DNA from: an uncultured bacterium
Lineage (GTDB): Bacteria > CSSED10-310 > CAZUFC01
Direction: 5' to 3'
Length of the DNA stretch: 64,000 bases
Assembly: GCA_964619725.1 (NCBI GenBank)
Contig: CAZUFC010000021.1
Location: 1 to 64,000 of the forward strand
The notes under the pieces are model-generated. The model saw only the letters and a list, made by a program, of their open reading frames with translations, searched no databases and was not told where the DNA came from. Below are positions 17,769-28,081 of the stretch, in pieces; position 1 is the first letter of the stretch; the number at the start of each line of letters is the position of its first letter. A program made the translations under genes and the position numbers.

Positions 17769-19778
17769 ATGGCAAATTACCAGACAACTGATTTGAGAAA
17801 CGTGGTGCTCGCCGGGCATGGATCATCGGGAAAGACGACTCTGATGGAAGGGATGCTTTATAAGGCTGGAGTAACGAATCGACTGGGTCGCGTGGAGGAC
17901 AAGAACACGATCAGCGATTACGAACCGGAAGAAAAGGAACGCACTCATTCCATCAATTCTTCTGTTTGCCATATTAATTATAAGGGCAAAGAAATAAATT
18001 TCATCGACGTGCCCGGTTACCAGGATTTTTACGGCAGCGCCATCGGGCCGTTTCGGGCGGCGGATTTAGCCGTAATAACGATTGATGCATCGAAGGGCAT
18101 CGAATTCGGGACCCGTCGGTTTTGGGACCTGGCGATCCAGAATGACTTGCCGACGGTTTTTGTTCTGACCAAGAGCGATCACGAACATGCAAAGTTTGAT
18201 GAGGTAGTAAGTGCAATAAAGGACCTTTTCGGGAATGAATGTCAGCCTTATGCGGCTCCGGATTCTTCCGGCGGAGGATTGACGAAGATCGTCTCTGTTC
18301 TGGACCCTGCGGCTGCAGACGAAATGGAAGAGTATAAGGGAGAATTTTTGGAGTCGGCGGTTGAGGCGGACGACGAATTGCTGGAGAAATATCTTGAGGG
18401 TGAGGAGCTGACGCTGGATATTTTGGGCGACCTTGTTCCCAAGGCATTGACAGCCAAGACGGTCATACCTGTTATACCTGTTTCCGCGATAAAAGACATC
18501 GGACTCGATGTTTTACTCGATTTTCTGGCCTCATACGGACCTTCGCCCGTCAGAAGAGAGCGAACAGCTATAAAAGATGAAGAAGAAATCACGCTGGAGC
18601 AGAGTTCTGATGGACCTGCATCGGCATTCGTTTTCAAAACCATAGTCGATCCGTTTGTAGGAAAGATTAATATATTCCGCGTATTTTCCGGAGTAATAAA
18701 ATCGAATTCGACCGTATGGTTATCGGCAACGGACAAGACGGAAAAAATAAGTCAGTTGACCAAACTGAACGGGAAAGAGATGACCAATGTGGATGAATTA
18801 ATCTGCGGCGATATCGGAGCGGTATCGAAGGTGGATAATCTGGGCATTGGGGATTCTTTTGGGAGTGATGCGGAGAAATTGAGGTTTCCAGAATTACGGT
18901 TCCCCAATCCTATGATATCGCTGGCTATCGAACCGAAAACGAGGGGCGACGAACAGAAGATGACGACGGCCTTAAAGCGTCTGTCCGATGAGGACGTGAC
19001 GTTCCAGGCCGAAAGAAATCGTCAGACGAAGGAACTGGTGATGAGCGGTCTCGGAACGTTGCATTTGGATGTTATGCTCCAGAAAATGAAAAGGAAATAT
19101 GATGTGGAAGTGACGACCAAACCGCCGAAGATTCCTTATCTTGAAACGATAACGAGCGGAAGCGAGGCCCGGTATCGTCATAAGAAGCAGAGCGGCGGCG
19201 CCGGACAATTCGCTGAGGTAGCCATTAGGATTGAGCCGAATGAACGGGGAGAGGGCTTTGAATTTCTGGATGAGATCGTGGGCGGAGTCATACCCAATCA
19301 GTTCATACCGTCCTGCGAAAAAGGAATTGTAAATATAATGGAAGAAGGAATTCTGGGCCGTTACCCTATTGTGGACGTAAAGGTGCATTTATGGGATGGA
19401 AAGCATCATCCTGTGGATTCAAAGGACATAGCTTTTCAGATCGCTGCCAGGGATGCTTTCAAAGATGCTTTCATGAGAGCCTCGCCCACGTTCCTGGAAC
19501 CTCTGGCTATCATCGAAGTTTCCGTACCCAGCAAATATATGGGCGACATCATTTCGGATTTGAACAGCAGACGAGGAAGGATCAGCGGTTCGGAACAGGT
19601 CGGAGACATATCCATCATTAAAGCCATAGTTCCTTATGCCGACGTTTCAAGTTACACGAACGATCTGCGTTCCATTACCGGAGGCGAAGGCACTTTTACT
19701 CTTGAATTTTCCCACTATGACACAGTTCCTGCGCATGTTAGGGAGCAACTGATCGACAAAGCGAAAAAGTCCGACTGA
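17769..19778 (+). CDS. fusA: Elongation factor G paralogue (EF-G2 type)
   Basis: Full EF-G architecture (KKQSGGAGQFA, HPVDS, LEP..DLNSRRG) with divergent G1 GHGSSGKTT; not in an rpsL-rpsG-fusA operon. Start at the ATG after GGAGG. Confidence 0.92.
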   Translation: MANYQTTDLRNVVLAGHGSSGKTTLMEGMLYKAGVTNRLGRVEDKNTISDYEPEEKERTHSINSSVCHINYKGKEINFIDVPGYQDFYGSAIGPFRAADLAVITIDASKGIEFGTRRFWDLAIQNDLPTVFVLTKSDHEHAKFDEVVSAIKDLFGNECQPYAAPDSSGGGLTKIVSVLDPAAADEMEEYKGEFLESAVEADDELLEKYLEGEELTLDILGDLVPKALTAKTVIPVIPVSAIKDIGLDVLLDFLASYGPSPVRRERTAIKDEEEITLEQSSDGPASAFVFKTIVDPFVGKINIFRVFSGVIKSNSTVWLSATDKTEKISQLTKLNGKEMTNVDELICGDIGAVSKVDNLGIGDSFGSDAEKLRFPELRFPNPMISLAIEPKTRGDEQKMTTALKRLSDEDVTFQAERNRQTKELVMSGLGTLHLDVMLQKMKRKYDVEVTTKPPKIPYLETITSGSEARYRHKKQSGGAGQFAEVAIRIEPNERGEGFEFLDEIVGGVIPNQFIPSCEKGIVNIMEEGILGRYPIVDVKVHLWDGKHHPVDSKDIAFQIAARDAFKDAFMRASPTFLEPLAIIEVSVPSKYMGDIISDLNSRRGRISGSEQVGDISIIKAIVPYADVSSYTNDLRSITGGEGTFTLEFSHYDTVPAHVREQLIDKAKKSD

Positions 19779-19798
19779 TATTTTCTGATTGAAATTAT

Positions 19799-19849
19799 AC
19801 CCGAACGGCGCCTTCAAGACGGGAAGGCAGCCGGTTCGGGTTTTCTTTT
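19799..19849 (+). terminator. Intrinsic terminator after fusA-like gene
   Basis: ACCCGAAC-GGC-GCCTTC..GAAGGC-AGCCG-GTTCGGGT followed by TTTCTTTT. Confidence 0.7.
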
Positions 19850-20023
19850 ACCGGCTGCTGAGTGCAGGAAGAATTTTGATTTATAAGGCAACCAACAGGG
19901 TCGTCAGGTTATTCCCTTTTCGATTCTGAAGCTCAGGATTTGAAGAATTCAGCATTAGAATAGAACATAAAAGTTCGTCGGATATTGTGTTATGTATGCT
20001 CTGCGTAAGAGGAGAAAGGCGTG

Positions 20024-20872
20024 CTAGAGATTCGTCAGAATGCCGTTTATTCCTTCACGGGCGCCTGACGGCAGCGAGATATGCTTTGCGGAAGGAACGG
20101 AAAAGTCACGCGGATTAATTCTGATGAGGAGAGCGTCGAGATTTTGAGCGAGACGTTCGGATTCCCAGCGGACCGTAGGAACGGCCAGACCGGCTCCGAT
20201 TTCGATTATGACAGGTTGCCGACCGGAACGAGTCAGAGAACTTATCCAGGCTTTTTTACGCGTGCTCTGCCTGTGACTGCGCTCCGGCAGCCATAACCAA
20301 TCGCCGAACATCAGAACGTTAGGTCTGGCTGTTTTTCCGCAGGTCGGACAACGGGGAAGAGGCGGGCGAGCGACGAATTTTTCTTTATTGACGATTACTT
20401 CCGTATCGGAGGCATCCCAGATATCATCATTACAAGGTTCGACGCATTGCAAATGATGAATGGAACCGTGGCATTCCTCTACTCTTTCGTCTTTATAACC
20501 GGCTTTCTGAAATTGTCCGTCGACATTGGAAGTGAAGACGAAATAGCCGCCCGGTTTTTGTTTTCCCAGTTCCAGCAAATGATAAAAGCCCTCGTGAGGT
20601 ATGGTACGGCGATAAAGGTTCAGTCTGTGTCCATAAAAAGCCCAGGCCAGTTCGGGATTACGATGGAACCAAACGGGCGAAGCCATTTGTTCAAATGATA
20701 ATCCAAGCCTGGCGATGGGCGGATACGCTCGCCAGAATCCGTGTTTCCCGCGAAAATCGGGCAATCCCGAGTCTACGCCGATGCCGGCGCCGGCCGTAAT
20801 ATAAAGCGCGTCGGAATTTTTTATCGCTTCTGCCGCCTTTTCAAACGACTCCTTCATTTCCTTGTCCGTCAT
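20024..20872 (-). CDS. Sir2-family NAD-dependent deacylase
   Basis: GAGIGVDSGLPDFRG, TSNVDG, ECHGS, Zn cysteines, RPNVLMFGD, INP; start reset to MTDKEM after GGGAGGA. Confidence 0.92.
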   Translation of the reverse strand: MTDKEMKESFEKAAEAIKNSDALYITAGAGIGVDSGLPDFRGKHGFWRAYPPIARLGLSFEQMASPVWFHRNPELAWAFYGHRLNLYRRTIPHEGFYHLLELGKQKPGGYFVFTSNVDGQFQKAGYKDERVEECHGSIHHLQCVEPCNDDIWDASDTEVIVNKEKFVARPPLPRCPTCGKTARPNVLMFGDWLWLPERSHRQSTRKKAWISSLTRSGRQPVIIEIGAGLAVPTVRWESERLAQNLDALLIRINPRDFSVPSAKHISLPSGAREGINGILTNL

Positions 20873-21134
20873 CTTCGCAATCCTCCCGCCTTTAAGTTTT
20901 TTCCTCTCATATAGCCCTTCGACGGATCGATGCCTATGCAGCATATGCTCTCCACTCGAAGACAGCTCCTTTTGTCAGGATAAAAAATAATCCGACTCTC
21001 CGCAAGACAGAAGTTTGATCAATGCCGATTTTTCTTATTGCAATGAAGGCAAGGATTTACGAAGGAGCGCCTATTGCTGAAACGTTGAATGAGCTAATCC
21101 AGAGACTGATGCAGCATCAGGGAAAAATCGCCGG

Positions 21135-22439
21135 TTATAGACTGGAATGGGGCAAACGAGGAACCAGGGCGCTTGCTGAGGGTATAAAAAGTATACGGGC
21201 GTCTGGTTTTTCCAGGATAGCGGCATTGACTGCGGCCTGCAGCGTATTGAAGGGGCGGAAGAATATGGACTTGAGAATTTCAGGGGGCAATTCAGAGACG
21301 GTCCAGATTTGCGCATATTGGAGAAGGGAAGCTAATTTCATCGATTTATGATAACCCAGGGCATACTTTTTAGTGATTCGGCGCTTAACGGCTTCAGGAT
21401 TAGAGGCTTCAGCGAGCAGTCGAACAAACGTGTCTGGTCCGATACCTTTTTCGCAGGCCGCTGCCAGGATCATTATTCCGTCGTCGGCCAGAACATGCCT
21501 GGTATTTTCAATCGATTTATGAGCCTGATAAAGGTCTCTGTCCAGTGGAGGAGCCGCTCCGGCTACAATGACGTCGGGTTTTTCTTTGATCTTAACGGTC
21601 CAGATTTCCTCCGTTTTCCGAACCGCTGCCGAGAAGGATTCCCTGATGCCGCCGGAATATGCTGCATAAATGTTTTCATCGGCATCCAGGGTCGTCATGA
21701 ATGAAAAAATCTTCCTCTCCTCAAGAAATCTCAATGCCTCATCCATATCTTCATGAACAGGATTCCCTTTCAAGGCTAAAACACGCGAATTTTCGCTCAG
21801 AGCAAGTTTGTGATTCTGTTCGATCGTTTCAAATCCAGCCGTCCCCGGCAAAAAAGCTTTACGGCCTCCAGTATGACCCGCAAAGTAGTGAGGTTCCACT
21901 GACCCGATGACAATGATTTTATCGGCTTCAGTCACCATTTTGTTCAACAAAACGGGCGTTCCGAGTCGAGTCACTCCCATCTTGACCAGGTTTTTCGGGT
22001 TATAACAATCATGGAAGAAAATTCGATCATGATAAGCGCTCAACAAATCTCCGAAAATAAAACGAAGCGCCGCTTCATCCGGTTTTGGGTGAGTCCCGGA
22101 TGCCGCCAGGAAGCGGACGGAGGATACGGACAACCGGCTGTGGAGAAGACGGAGTATTTTTGCGGTGGGCGTGGAGCGCTGGCCGTCGTTGACTAGGACG
22201 AGAGTTCTACCCGGTGTTTTTAAAAAGTTATGAAAAGAAGGACCGGAAACGGGTGTTTGCAATGCTTCCTTTAAGATTGTGTTTTCGCTGCGGAGCGGGG
22301 TTTTATTTGCGGAGATCATGCCGGCAAAATTTTTAGCTGGAATGATAACTTCAGCCGCACCGGCGTTGTAGGGGAAAACTATCCTCTTTATTTTAGAACG
22401 ATCTAAAGGCTTGCCGTCTTTATTTCCTATTATGTTCAT
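21135..22439 (-). CDS. larA: Nickel-pincer-dependent lactate racemase family protein
   Basis: VNDGQRSTP, ASGTH, HDC, EPHYFAGHTGGRKAFLPG, GNPVHEDM, DLYQAHK, CEKGIG. Confidence 0.88.
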   Translation of the reverse strand: MNIIGNKDGKPLDRSKIKRIVFPYNAGAAEVIIPAKNFAGMISANKTPLRSENTILKEALQTPVSGPSFHNFLKTPGRTLVLVNDGQRSTPTAKILRLLHSRLSVSSVRFLAASGTHPKPDEAALRFIFGDLLSAYHDRIFFHDCYNPKNLVKMGVTRLGTPVLLNKMVTEADKIIVIGSVEPHYFAGHTGGRKAFLPGTAGFETIEQNHKLALSENSRVLALKGNPVHEDMDEALRFLEERKIFSFMTTLDADENIYAAYSGGIRESFSAAVRKTEEIWTVKIKEKPDVIVAGAAPPLDRDLYQAHKSIENTRHVLADDGIMILAAACEKGIGPDTFVRLLAEASNPEAVKRRITKKYALGYHKSMKLASLLQYAQIWTVSELPPEILKSIFFRPFNTLQAAVNAAILEKPDARILFIPSASALVPRLPHSSL

Positions 22440-22979
22440 CTACTTTGCGGGAGTTCTGAGCTCCTGACGTTTCGTGAGAAAAAATTTTGAATGGTTTGAT
22501 GAAGCTGAAATCGGACAATCGAGCAGAGTTTTTATTGAATAAAGTCTCACTGCATGCAGGATAACTCAGGAGCGGCAGAAAATGCTTATTTTTCATGCCG
22601 GGATGTGCTGAAAAGAAAATAAACAGATTAAATAATTTATCTGACCCTTGTCGGGCATTCATGAGATTCTCTGTCTTATGAACTTGCTTCAGGCGAAAGG
22701 TGAGTCTGGGGCTAGAAGGGTTAAACATGTAAAAATTTAATGTTAATATCACGTTCATGGTATTGGGACAGTCAAAGCATCAAATATGCGGTAAAAGGTG
22801 AAAGCGTATAAGCGTGAGTTTGCCGCTTTCAAGTTGATATTAGGCGTTTCTTGACGAAAAATCAAACGGCGTATTATTTGAGCCGAGCATTTGGGGGAAA
22901 GCCGGCTGCCGTCCTGGATTAAATTTTGTTCGTTGAGAGAGTTACTGACGGGAGGTGGTTGGGGATAGAAATAATCGGC

Positions 22980-23050
22980 ATTGATCGAAAATGCCTCTTT
23001 TGAGGTTACGATTCTACAGAATTTCCCATCATTTTGTTTTGATTGCGATT
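22980..23050 (+). repeat. Dispersed 71-bp repeat, copy 1
   Basis: Ungapped alignment to 33092-33162 with 11 mismatches by manual count (shared TCTTTTGAGGTTA..ACAGAAT.TCCCATCATTTTGTTT.GATT). Confidence 0.85.
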
Positions 23051-23148
23051 GCGATACCGACTGCGATATCGACCCCGACCCCGATACCGATACCGGCGCC
23101 GATGCCGATACCGATACCGATACCGATACCGATATCGATACCGATACC
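23041..23148 (+). repeat. Degenerate hexanucleotide tandem array (consensus GATACC) x18
   Basis: gattgc gattgc gatacc gactgc gatatc gacccc gacccc gatacc gatacc ggcgcc gatgcc gatacc x4 gatatc gatacc x2. Confidence 0.95.
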
Positions 23149-23461
23149 GAAACAGCCGGTCATTGATGAAAAAACGGCGGTTCATTCTTCAAGGAGATAG
23201 TTTTGGGTCAGGAGCGGTTTTTACGGGAATTTCATACAGTCAAAAATTTTATGAAACAGTGTAACCCCGGTTTGATCCGTCCTGAATTATCTCATAGGAG
23301 TTTTGGGAATTTCCTGTTTTCCTGGAGGTTAAAAAGACGTACAATAGGGCGGTTAATTATCGGATTGCGATAATGGGGCACGAGGTTCAATTAAGTCGGG
23401 AGAGGGATTTGAGCGATTGAACGGTAAAGATGAGTTTTAAATTGTATTCAAGGGAGGTTCA

Positions 23462-25516
23462 ATGAAGAAGATGGGAGGCGTAGGACGAGGGATCAAGGGA
23501 ATGTTGCCGGTCATAATTCTGCTTGCGGCAGGAATGGTTGGAGGGGCGGAAGGACCGCCGCCTTACGCAGCGCCGGAAATTTCCGCCGGCTCTTTAACGG
23601 GTGAGGAAATCCGGGTGTGGGAGGCGGCGCTTCATTCCATACTGCTGGAATGGGAGGATATGCGATTCAAGAAGGATTATGTGGATGATCCTTACAGGCT
23701 TGATGCGGTACAGAGGGCTTTGGACGATCCTGTATCGCTGATTGAGTGGAATTACGGATGGGATGCGTTTTTACTGGAAGGCAAAGCGACAAGCGACATT
23801 TTGTTTCGGGCTGCCGGGGACTTGGATTGCGGCATAACGAAGAAGAAAGCCGGGAAGATTATTCCTGACGACCATACGATAAGTTCCTGGACGAGATACG
23901 GTTTTACTGCTGAATGGAGCCGCAATTTTTCGTTGACCGAGCATGCCGTTTCAAATGCTTCGGAGGCGGTGAAGGCGGAAGCTCTTGGGAGTCTGACGGA
24001 CGAGGAATTGGCGTTTTTACGGAGTTATCTGTTGTGCCGGTTCGAAGAGGAGGAAAAATTAGAGGGAGTGGAATGTCCGGAAGAGGAGGAGTACGGAGCG
24101 GATGAGATGTTTCTGGAGTCGATGGAACATTATGATATAGAGGCTTTGTTGAAAGCTGCCGTGAAGCTGGTCGGTGCGTTGGAGGAGCTGCTGCCCGGAA
24201 TAGAGGAGTATGGAGAACAATGGGGAGTAGAGACTCAGACGATGATAGAGCGTGATTACGGCAACATTTTAATGGGGACGGAGGGAGATGACGTTTGGTT
24301 GATGGAAGAATGGGGGCCTGCTGCGATACTGATCGATCCGGGGGGAAACGATATTTATCGAGGTCAGGTCTGTGCTGCCGGAAATTTTATCGGGGAGAAG
24401 AATCCGCTGATAAGCCTGTTGATCGATATTTCCGGAGACGACACGTATATCGCCGAGGGAAAACGCGCTGCAGGATCGGGCGTATTAGGCATAGCGGTTC
24501 ATTATGATCTGGATGGGGACGATATCTACCGTTCGGGCAAATTCAGTCAGGGGTGTGGTCTTTTCGGCGTCGGCATACTGGATGATCGCCGGGGAGACGA
24601 TATTTACTATGCCGATCTGCTGGTCCAGGGAGCAGGCGCTGCAGGCATCGGGCTGCTTCAGGACTCTGCCGGCAGGGATAATTACCAGGCTGCTTTTTAT
24701 GCTCAGGGTTTCGGTTACACCCTGGGATGGGGTATGCTGACGGACCGTGACGGGTACGATCATTATTACGCAGCCGGGAAATACGACGCGTGGCCGACCT
24801 GGGGGACCTGGATGCTGAGTTGTTCTCAGGGGTATGCATTCGGAATACGCCCTGTCGCAAGCGGCGGCATTGGAATATTGCATGACCGGAACGGAAAAGA
24901 TTTTTATTCGGCGGAAGTTTTCAGCCAGGGAGGCAGTTACTGGTACGGCATTGGAGCGCTGATCGACGACAATGATAATGATCAATATACTGCAGGAGTA
25001 TATTCGCAGGCAGCGGGAGTTCACCTTTCTGCGGGCATTCTGCTTGATCGGTCGGGTAATGATGATTACACATGCGATCATCAGGCCCAGGGTTTCGCTC
25101 ACGATTTCTCCGTCGGCTGGCTGATTGATGAAGCGGGAAACGACAATTACAGCGCCAAAACCAACGCACAGGGCTGCGCGGTTACAAACAGCACCGCGGG
25201 AATAATCGACAGAGAGGGCGACGACGGCTATCTGTGCCGGGATGCGAAAAAAGGATCGAGTTACGGGGAAACGACGAGAGGATACGGCAATATTGGGATA
25301 CAGATCGATATGAAGGGTAGGGACAGCTACTCTTATCCGGAAGCGGGCGACGGAAAATGGTGGACCTTGCAATCATGGTATGCCGGCATTGATGTCGGTG
25401 ATGACTGGTATGTTGTGGAAGATTCAAAGCAAAAAACAGATGAAGAGACCGGCGTTAAAGTGGAACCGCCTCGCCGGCTTATTATCCCGGGAATTGACGA
25501 TCAGGGAGGTGAATAA
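23462..25516 (+). CDS. Secreted hypothetical protein with many DxxGxDxY/QGxG repeats
   Basis: Signal peptide; repeated units such as IDPGGNDIY, DLDGDDIY, DSAGRDNY, DEAGNDNY with SQG.G spacers; RBS GGGAGG. Confidence 0.8.
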   Translation: MKKMGGVGRGIKGMLPVIILLAAGMVGGAEGPPPYAAPEISAGSLTGEEIRVWEAALHSILLEWEDMRFKKDYVDDPYRLDAVQRALDDPVSLIEWNYGWDAFLLEGKATSDILFRAAGDLDCGITKKKAGKIIPDDHTISSWTRYGFTAEWSRNFSLTEHAVSNASEAVKAEALGSLTDEELAFLRSYLLCRFEEEEKLEGVECPEEEEYGADEMFLESMEHYDIEALLKAAVKLVGALEELLPGIEEYGEQWGVETQTMIERDYGNILMGTEGDDVWLMEEWGPAAILIDPGGNDIYRGQVCAAGNFIGEKNPLISLLIDISGDDTYIAEGKRAAGSGVLGIAVHYDLDGDDIYRSGKFSQGCGLFGVGILDDRRGDDIYYADLLVQGAGAAGIGLLQDSAGRDNYQAAFYAQGFGYTLGWGMLTDRDGYDHYYAAGKYDAWPTWGTWMLSCSQGYAFGIRPVASGGIGILHDRNGKDFYSAEVFSQGGSYWYGIGALIDDNDNDQYTAGVYSQAAGVHLSAGILLDRSGNDDYTCDHQAQGFAHDFSVGWLIDEAGNDNYSAKTNAQGCAVTNSTAGIIDREGDDGYLCRDAKKGSSYGETTRGYGNIGIQIDMKGRDSYSYPEAGDGKWWTLQSWYAGIDVGDDWYVVEDSKQKTDEETGVKVEPPRRLIIPGIDDQGGE

Positions 25517-26643
25517 TGCGCCGAAAAGCCGTTATCCTGTTTTTATGCAGCGCCGTTGCGGTATACATGAGCGTTGTTTTTGCCGGATCGGAAAGTGAAG
25601 GGCGTAAGTCGGAAATAGAAGATGAGGTCCGATCTCCGGATCAAATAGAGGTCATTCGTGACGGGGAAATCGTCGAAGATGCCGTATTGGAACTATTCAT
25701 CAATGCCAGCGAATGGGACGACGAGCATCAGGACGTGAGGTACGAAAGCGAAGAGAAACTAGTTGAGCTGGGAGCTCGGATATTGCCTGTCATCCTGGAA
25801 AAATATCTGTCGTCCAGGGACCTCAGAAGACGTATTACGCTGGATTCCATCGTTAGTGAAATAGGCAGTCCTGCTGCAGATTCTCTGCTGGAATATCTGA
25901 ACAGTGAAGATATAACTGCCCGGCGGCATGCCGTTTATCTGCTTGGTGAGTGTACCTTTGTCGAAACGATGGAAAACGATGCCTTGTTGGGCCCCCTCCA
26001 GGAAGACTTGAAAATTAGAGATGCGCTTTTGAAAACCTTGAATTCAGAAAATGATCACAAGGTGATCAGGTCTCTGTTGAATTCACTCGCACGAATCAGA
26101 GACCCGGACCTTATTGAAGTGATTGCGGGTTATCTCAATCATGAAGATCAAACGCTGAGATTATCCGCTGCTGTCGCCTTAAAATATATTCCGCACATCG
26201 ATACCGTTAAACGGCTCCTCAATGCCCTTGATGATCCGCTGGGCACCGTTCGTCAGGCTGCGGCAGTCAGTTTATCCGCTGATGCCGTCGCAGATGCAGG
26301 ATTCGATTTGATAATAGACCTGGAAAATGGAAGAGAAATCAATTCTGCGGCAAACGCCTTTCGCTTTGAAATCCTTACGGATTATCTGAAAAAAAACAGC
26401 GATAAAGATTCAGAGAATCTGCGATGCCAAAAAAACAAAATATGCCGGAAGGCTGAAAGCGTTTTACATCCGAATTCAAATGCCGGCTGGAGACTCAAGG
26501 CATATGCCGCACGCGCCGCAGCATTCTGCGAAAACAGGCAGAACGCTCTTAATATGCTTCAGGGTTTGTTGAAAAAAGAGTCTCATCCGTTTTTGACCGG
26601 CGCCGTGAGACAGACTCTTGAATATCTGGAACAGGAAAATTAA
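25516..26643 (+). CDS. Secreted HEAT-repeat protein
   Basis: Signal peptide; HEAT/PBS-like units (ARRHAVYLLG, LRLSAAVAL, VRQAAAVSL); TAATG coupling to the upstream gene. Confidence 0.8.
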   Translation: MRRKAVILFLCSAVAVYMSVVFAGSESEGRKSEIEDEVRSPDQIEVIRDGEIVEDAVLELFINASEWDDEHQDVRYESEEKLVELGARILPVILEKYLSSRDLRRRITLDSIVSEIGSPAADSLLEYLNSEDITARRHAVYLLGECTFVETMENDALLGPLQEDLKIRDALLKTLNSENDHKVIRSLLNSLARIRDPDLIEVIAGYLNHEDQTLRLSAAVALKYIPHIDTVKRLLNALDDPLGTVRQAAAVSLSADAVADAGFDLIIDLENGREINSAANAFRFEILTDYLKKNSDKDSENLRCQKNKICRKAESVLHPNSNAGWRLKAYAARAAAFCENRQNALNMLQGLLKKESHPFLTGAVRQTLEYLEQEN

Positions 26644-26715
26644 AAACGTTTTATCTTGACTTGCTATTGCTTTGATGATATTCATTCCTGCTCATTTGGA
26701 AAGGATTGAGCGACA

Positions 26716-28005
26716 ATGAAAATAAAAAAAGAAAAAAATGAAAACGACGACTTTAAAACAATAACAAAGAAGATTGAGAATTCAGGGAATAAAAAAGTTG
26801 TTATCTTTTCGCATGATGATCCTGACGGAATAACTAGCGCCATAATGTTGAATCGCCTGTTGAAAAAAATCGGGGCTGTGGTGGAAGTTAAATTCCCCGA
26901 AGGTTTTGTATTGACGAGTGAGCAGGCGGCAGAAATGGGTGAGAATACGGATTTAATGTTCATATTGGATAAAGGGACATTCAAGTCTTACGATCAATTT
27001 TCCGGGTCTGCAAAAAAGGTGATTATTATAGATCATCATCCGCCGGGAGATTTGCCTGAAAAAGCGTTGTTTTATAATCCGTCGAAGTATGAATATACTC
27101 GATGTTCCAATTCGGCAGTGATTCGGCGTTTTATAGAAACGATAAATACGGCGGACGTCTGGGATGATTTTTACAGTTTGATGGGACTGACGGGCGATTT
27201 TGCGGTTAACTCTGTAACGGAAGAATATGCTGAATTTGATAGTGAATTCGTGAAGCGGATGCGGGAAAATTTTAAAAATTTATTTCAGCCGACCGTCCAG
27301 CGTCCGACTATGTTTGAAGTTGAGCAGCGGGAAAAGACGAGTCTGCTGCATCAATTGACGGAGGTTGTTCATGCTGTGAGCGGCGGAGGATTCCAGTTTT
27401 TTTATTCCGAGCGTGATCCCCGACTGCAGGATATTGATCCGCCAACCTACATATTCAAGCAATTGAGCAGTTTGATGAATTCCGGCGAAGACCCCAAATC
27501 ATGGGAATCGGTTGATCAGTTTATCGCTGCCTTACCGAATCCTGAACCGGGTCGTCTTATGTATGATTTTTACCTTCAGGATTGGGATTATTACAGCCAG
27601 TTGATTGATGCCGTTATTCCGCTTGCGAAGATCAGGGATGAGGAGATTTTTCTTTTCTGCTGCGAAAACTTCAAGTTGGGGCCGATGATAGCTCCGGTGA
27701 AGCTGCATGAACTGCATCGGAACAGGCAATTCAAAGAAGCTTTGATCATCATGTATAACATCAAAGCCGATCAGGATCGTTTTTCATTCCGGACATTCCC
27801 GGGCTCTAAAACTGTAGATGCGGACCTGCTGGCCAGGCAGTTGACGCAAAATCTTAAACAGATCGATTCTTCGGGTAATATTGCAGGAGGAGGGCATCCG
27901 GTAGCTTCGGAATGCACTGTCGTTTCCGATAAGCTTACTCCTAAAGACACATTGAAGGCATTGTTTGAAGAGATAGAGAAGTTAAAAAGCGCATTAGAAA
28001 AATAA
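26716..28005 (+). CDS. DHH/DHHA1-family phosphoesterase
   Basis: HDDPDG, ILDKG, IIDHH, GLTGD and C-terminal AGGGHPVAS. Confidence 0.88.
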   Translation: MKIKKEKNENDDFKTITKKIENSGNKKVVIFSHDDPDGITSAIMLNRLLKKIGAVVEVKFPEGFVLTSEQAAEMGENTDLMFILDKGTFKSYDQFSGSAKKVIIIDHHPPGDLPEKALFYNPSKYEYTRCSNSAVIRRFIETINTADVWDDFYSLMGLTGDFAVNSVTEEYAEFDSEFVKRMRENFKNLFQPTVQRPTMFEVEQREKTSLLHQLTEVVHAVSGGGFQFFYSERDPRLQDIDPPTYIFKQLSSLMNSGEDPKSWESVDQFIAALPNPEPGRLMYDFYLQDWDYYSQLIDAVIPLAKIRDEEIFLFCCENFKLGPMIAPVKLHELHRNRQFKEALIIMYNIKADQDRFSFRTFPGSKTVDADLLARQLTQNLKQIDSSGNIAGGGHPVASECTVVSDKLTPKDTLKALFEEIEKLKSALEK

Positions 28006-28081
28006 AGAAAATTTTAAAAAGCATCAGACGATTCTACAGCAATTTGTCGGATGGCGAACCAGAAAGTGATGAGGTTGAACG

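Noticed and set aside
22420-22758. 112-aa ORF upstream of larA
   Set aside because: No recognisable domain or RBS; probably promoter/intergenic sequence, though a small gene cannot be excluded.
23041-23148. Possible CRISPR array
   Set aside because: 6-bp period with no unique spacers and no cas genes.
22981-23264. ORFs encoding DTDT, IPIP and RYRY dipeptide repeats
   Set aside because: All three frames are open only because of the stop-free hexamer array; no convincing RBS or coding signal.
24485-25372. 295-aa antisense ORF, representative of many shadow ORFs in the track
   Set aside because: Lies wholly opposite a motif-supported gene and has no recognisable motifs.
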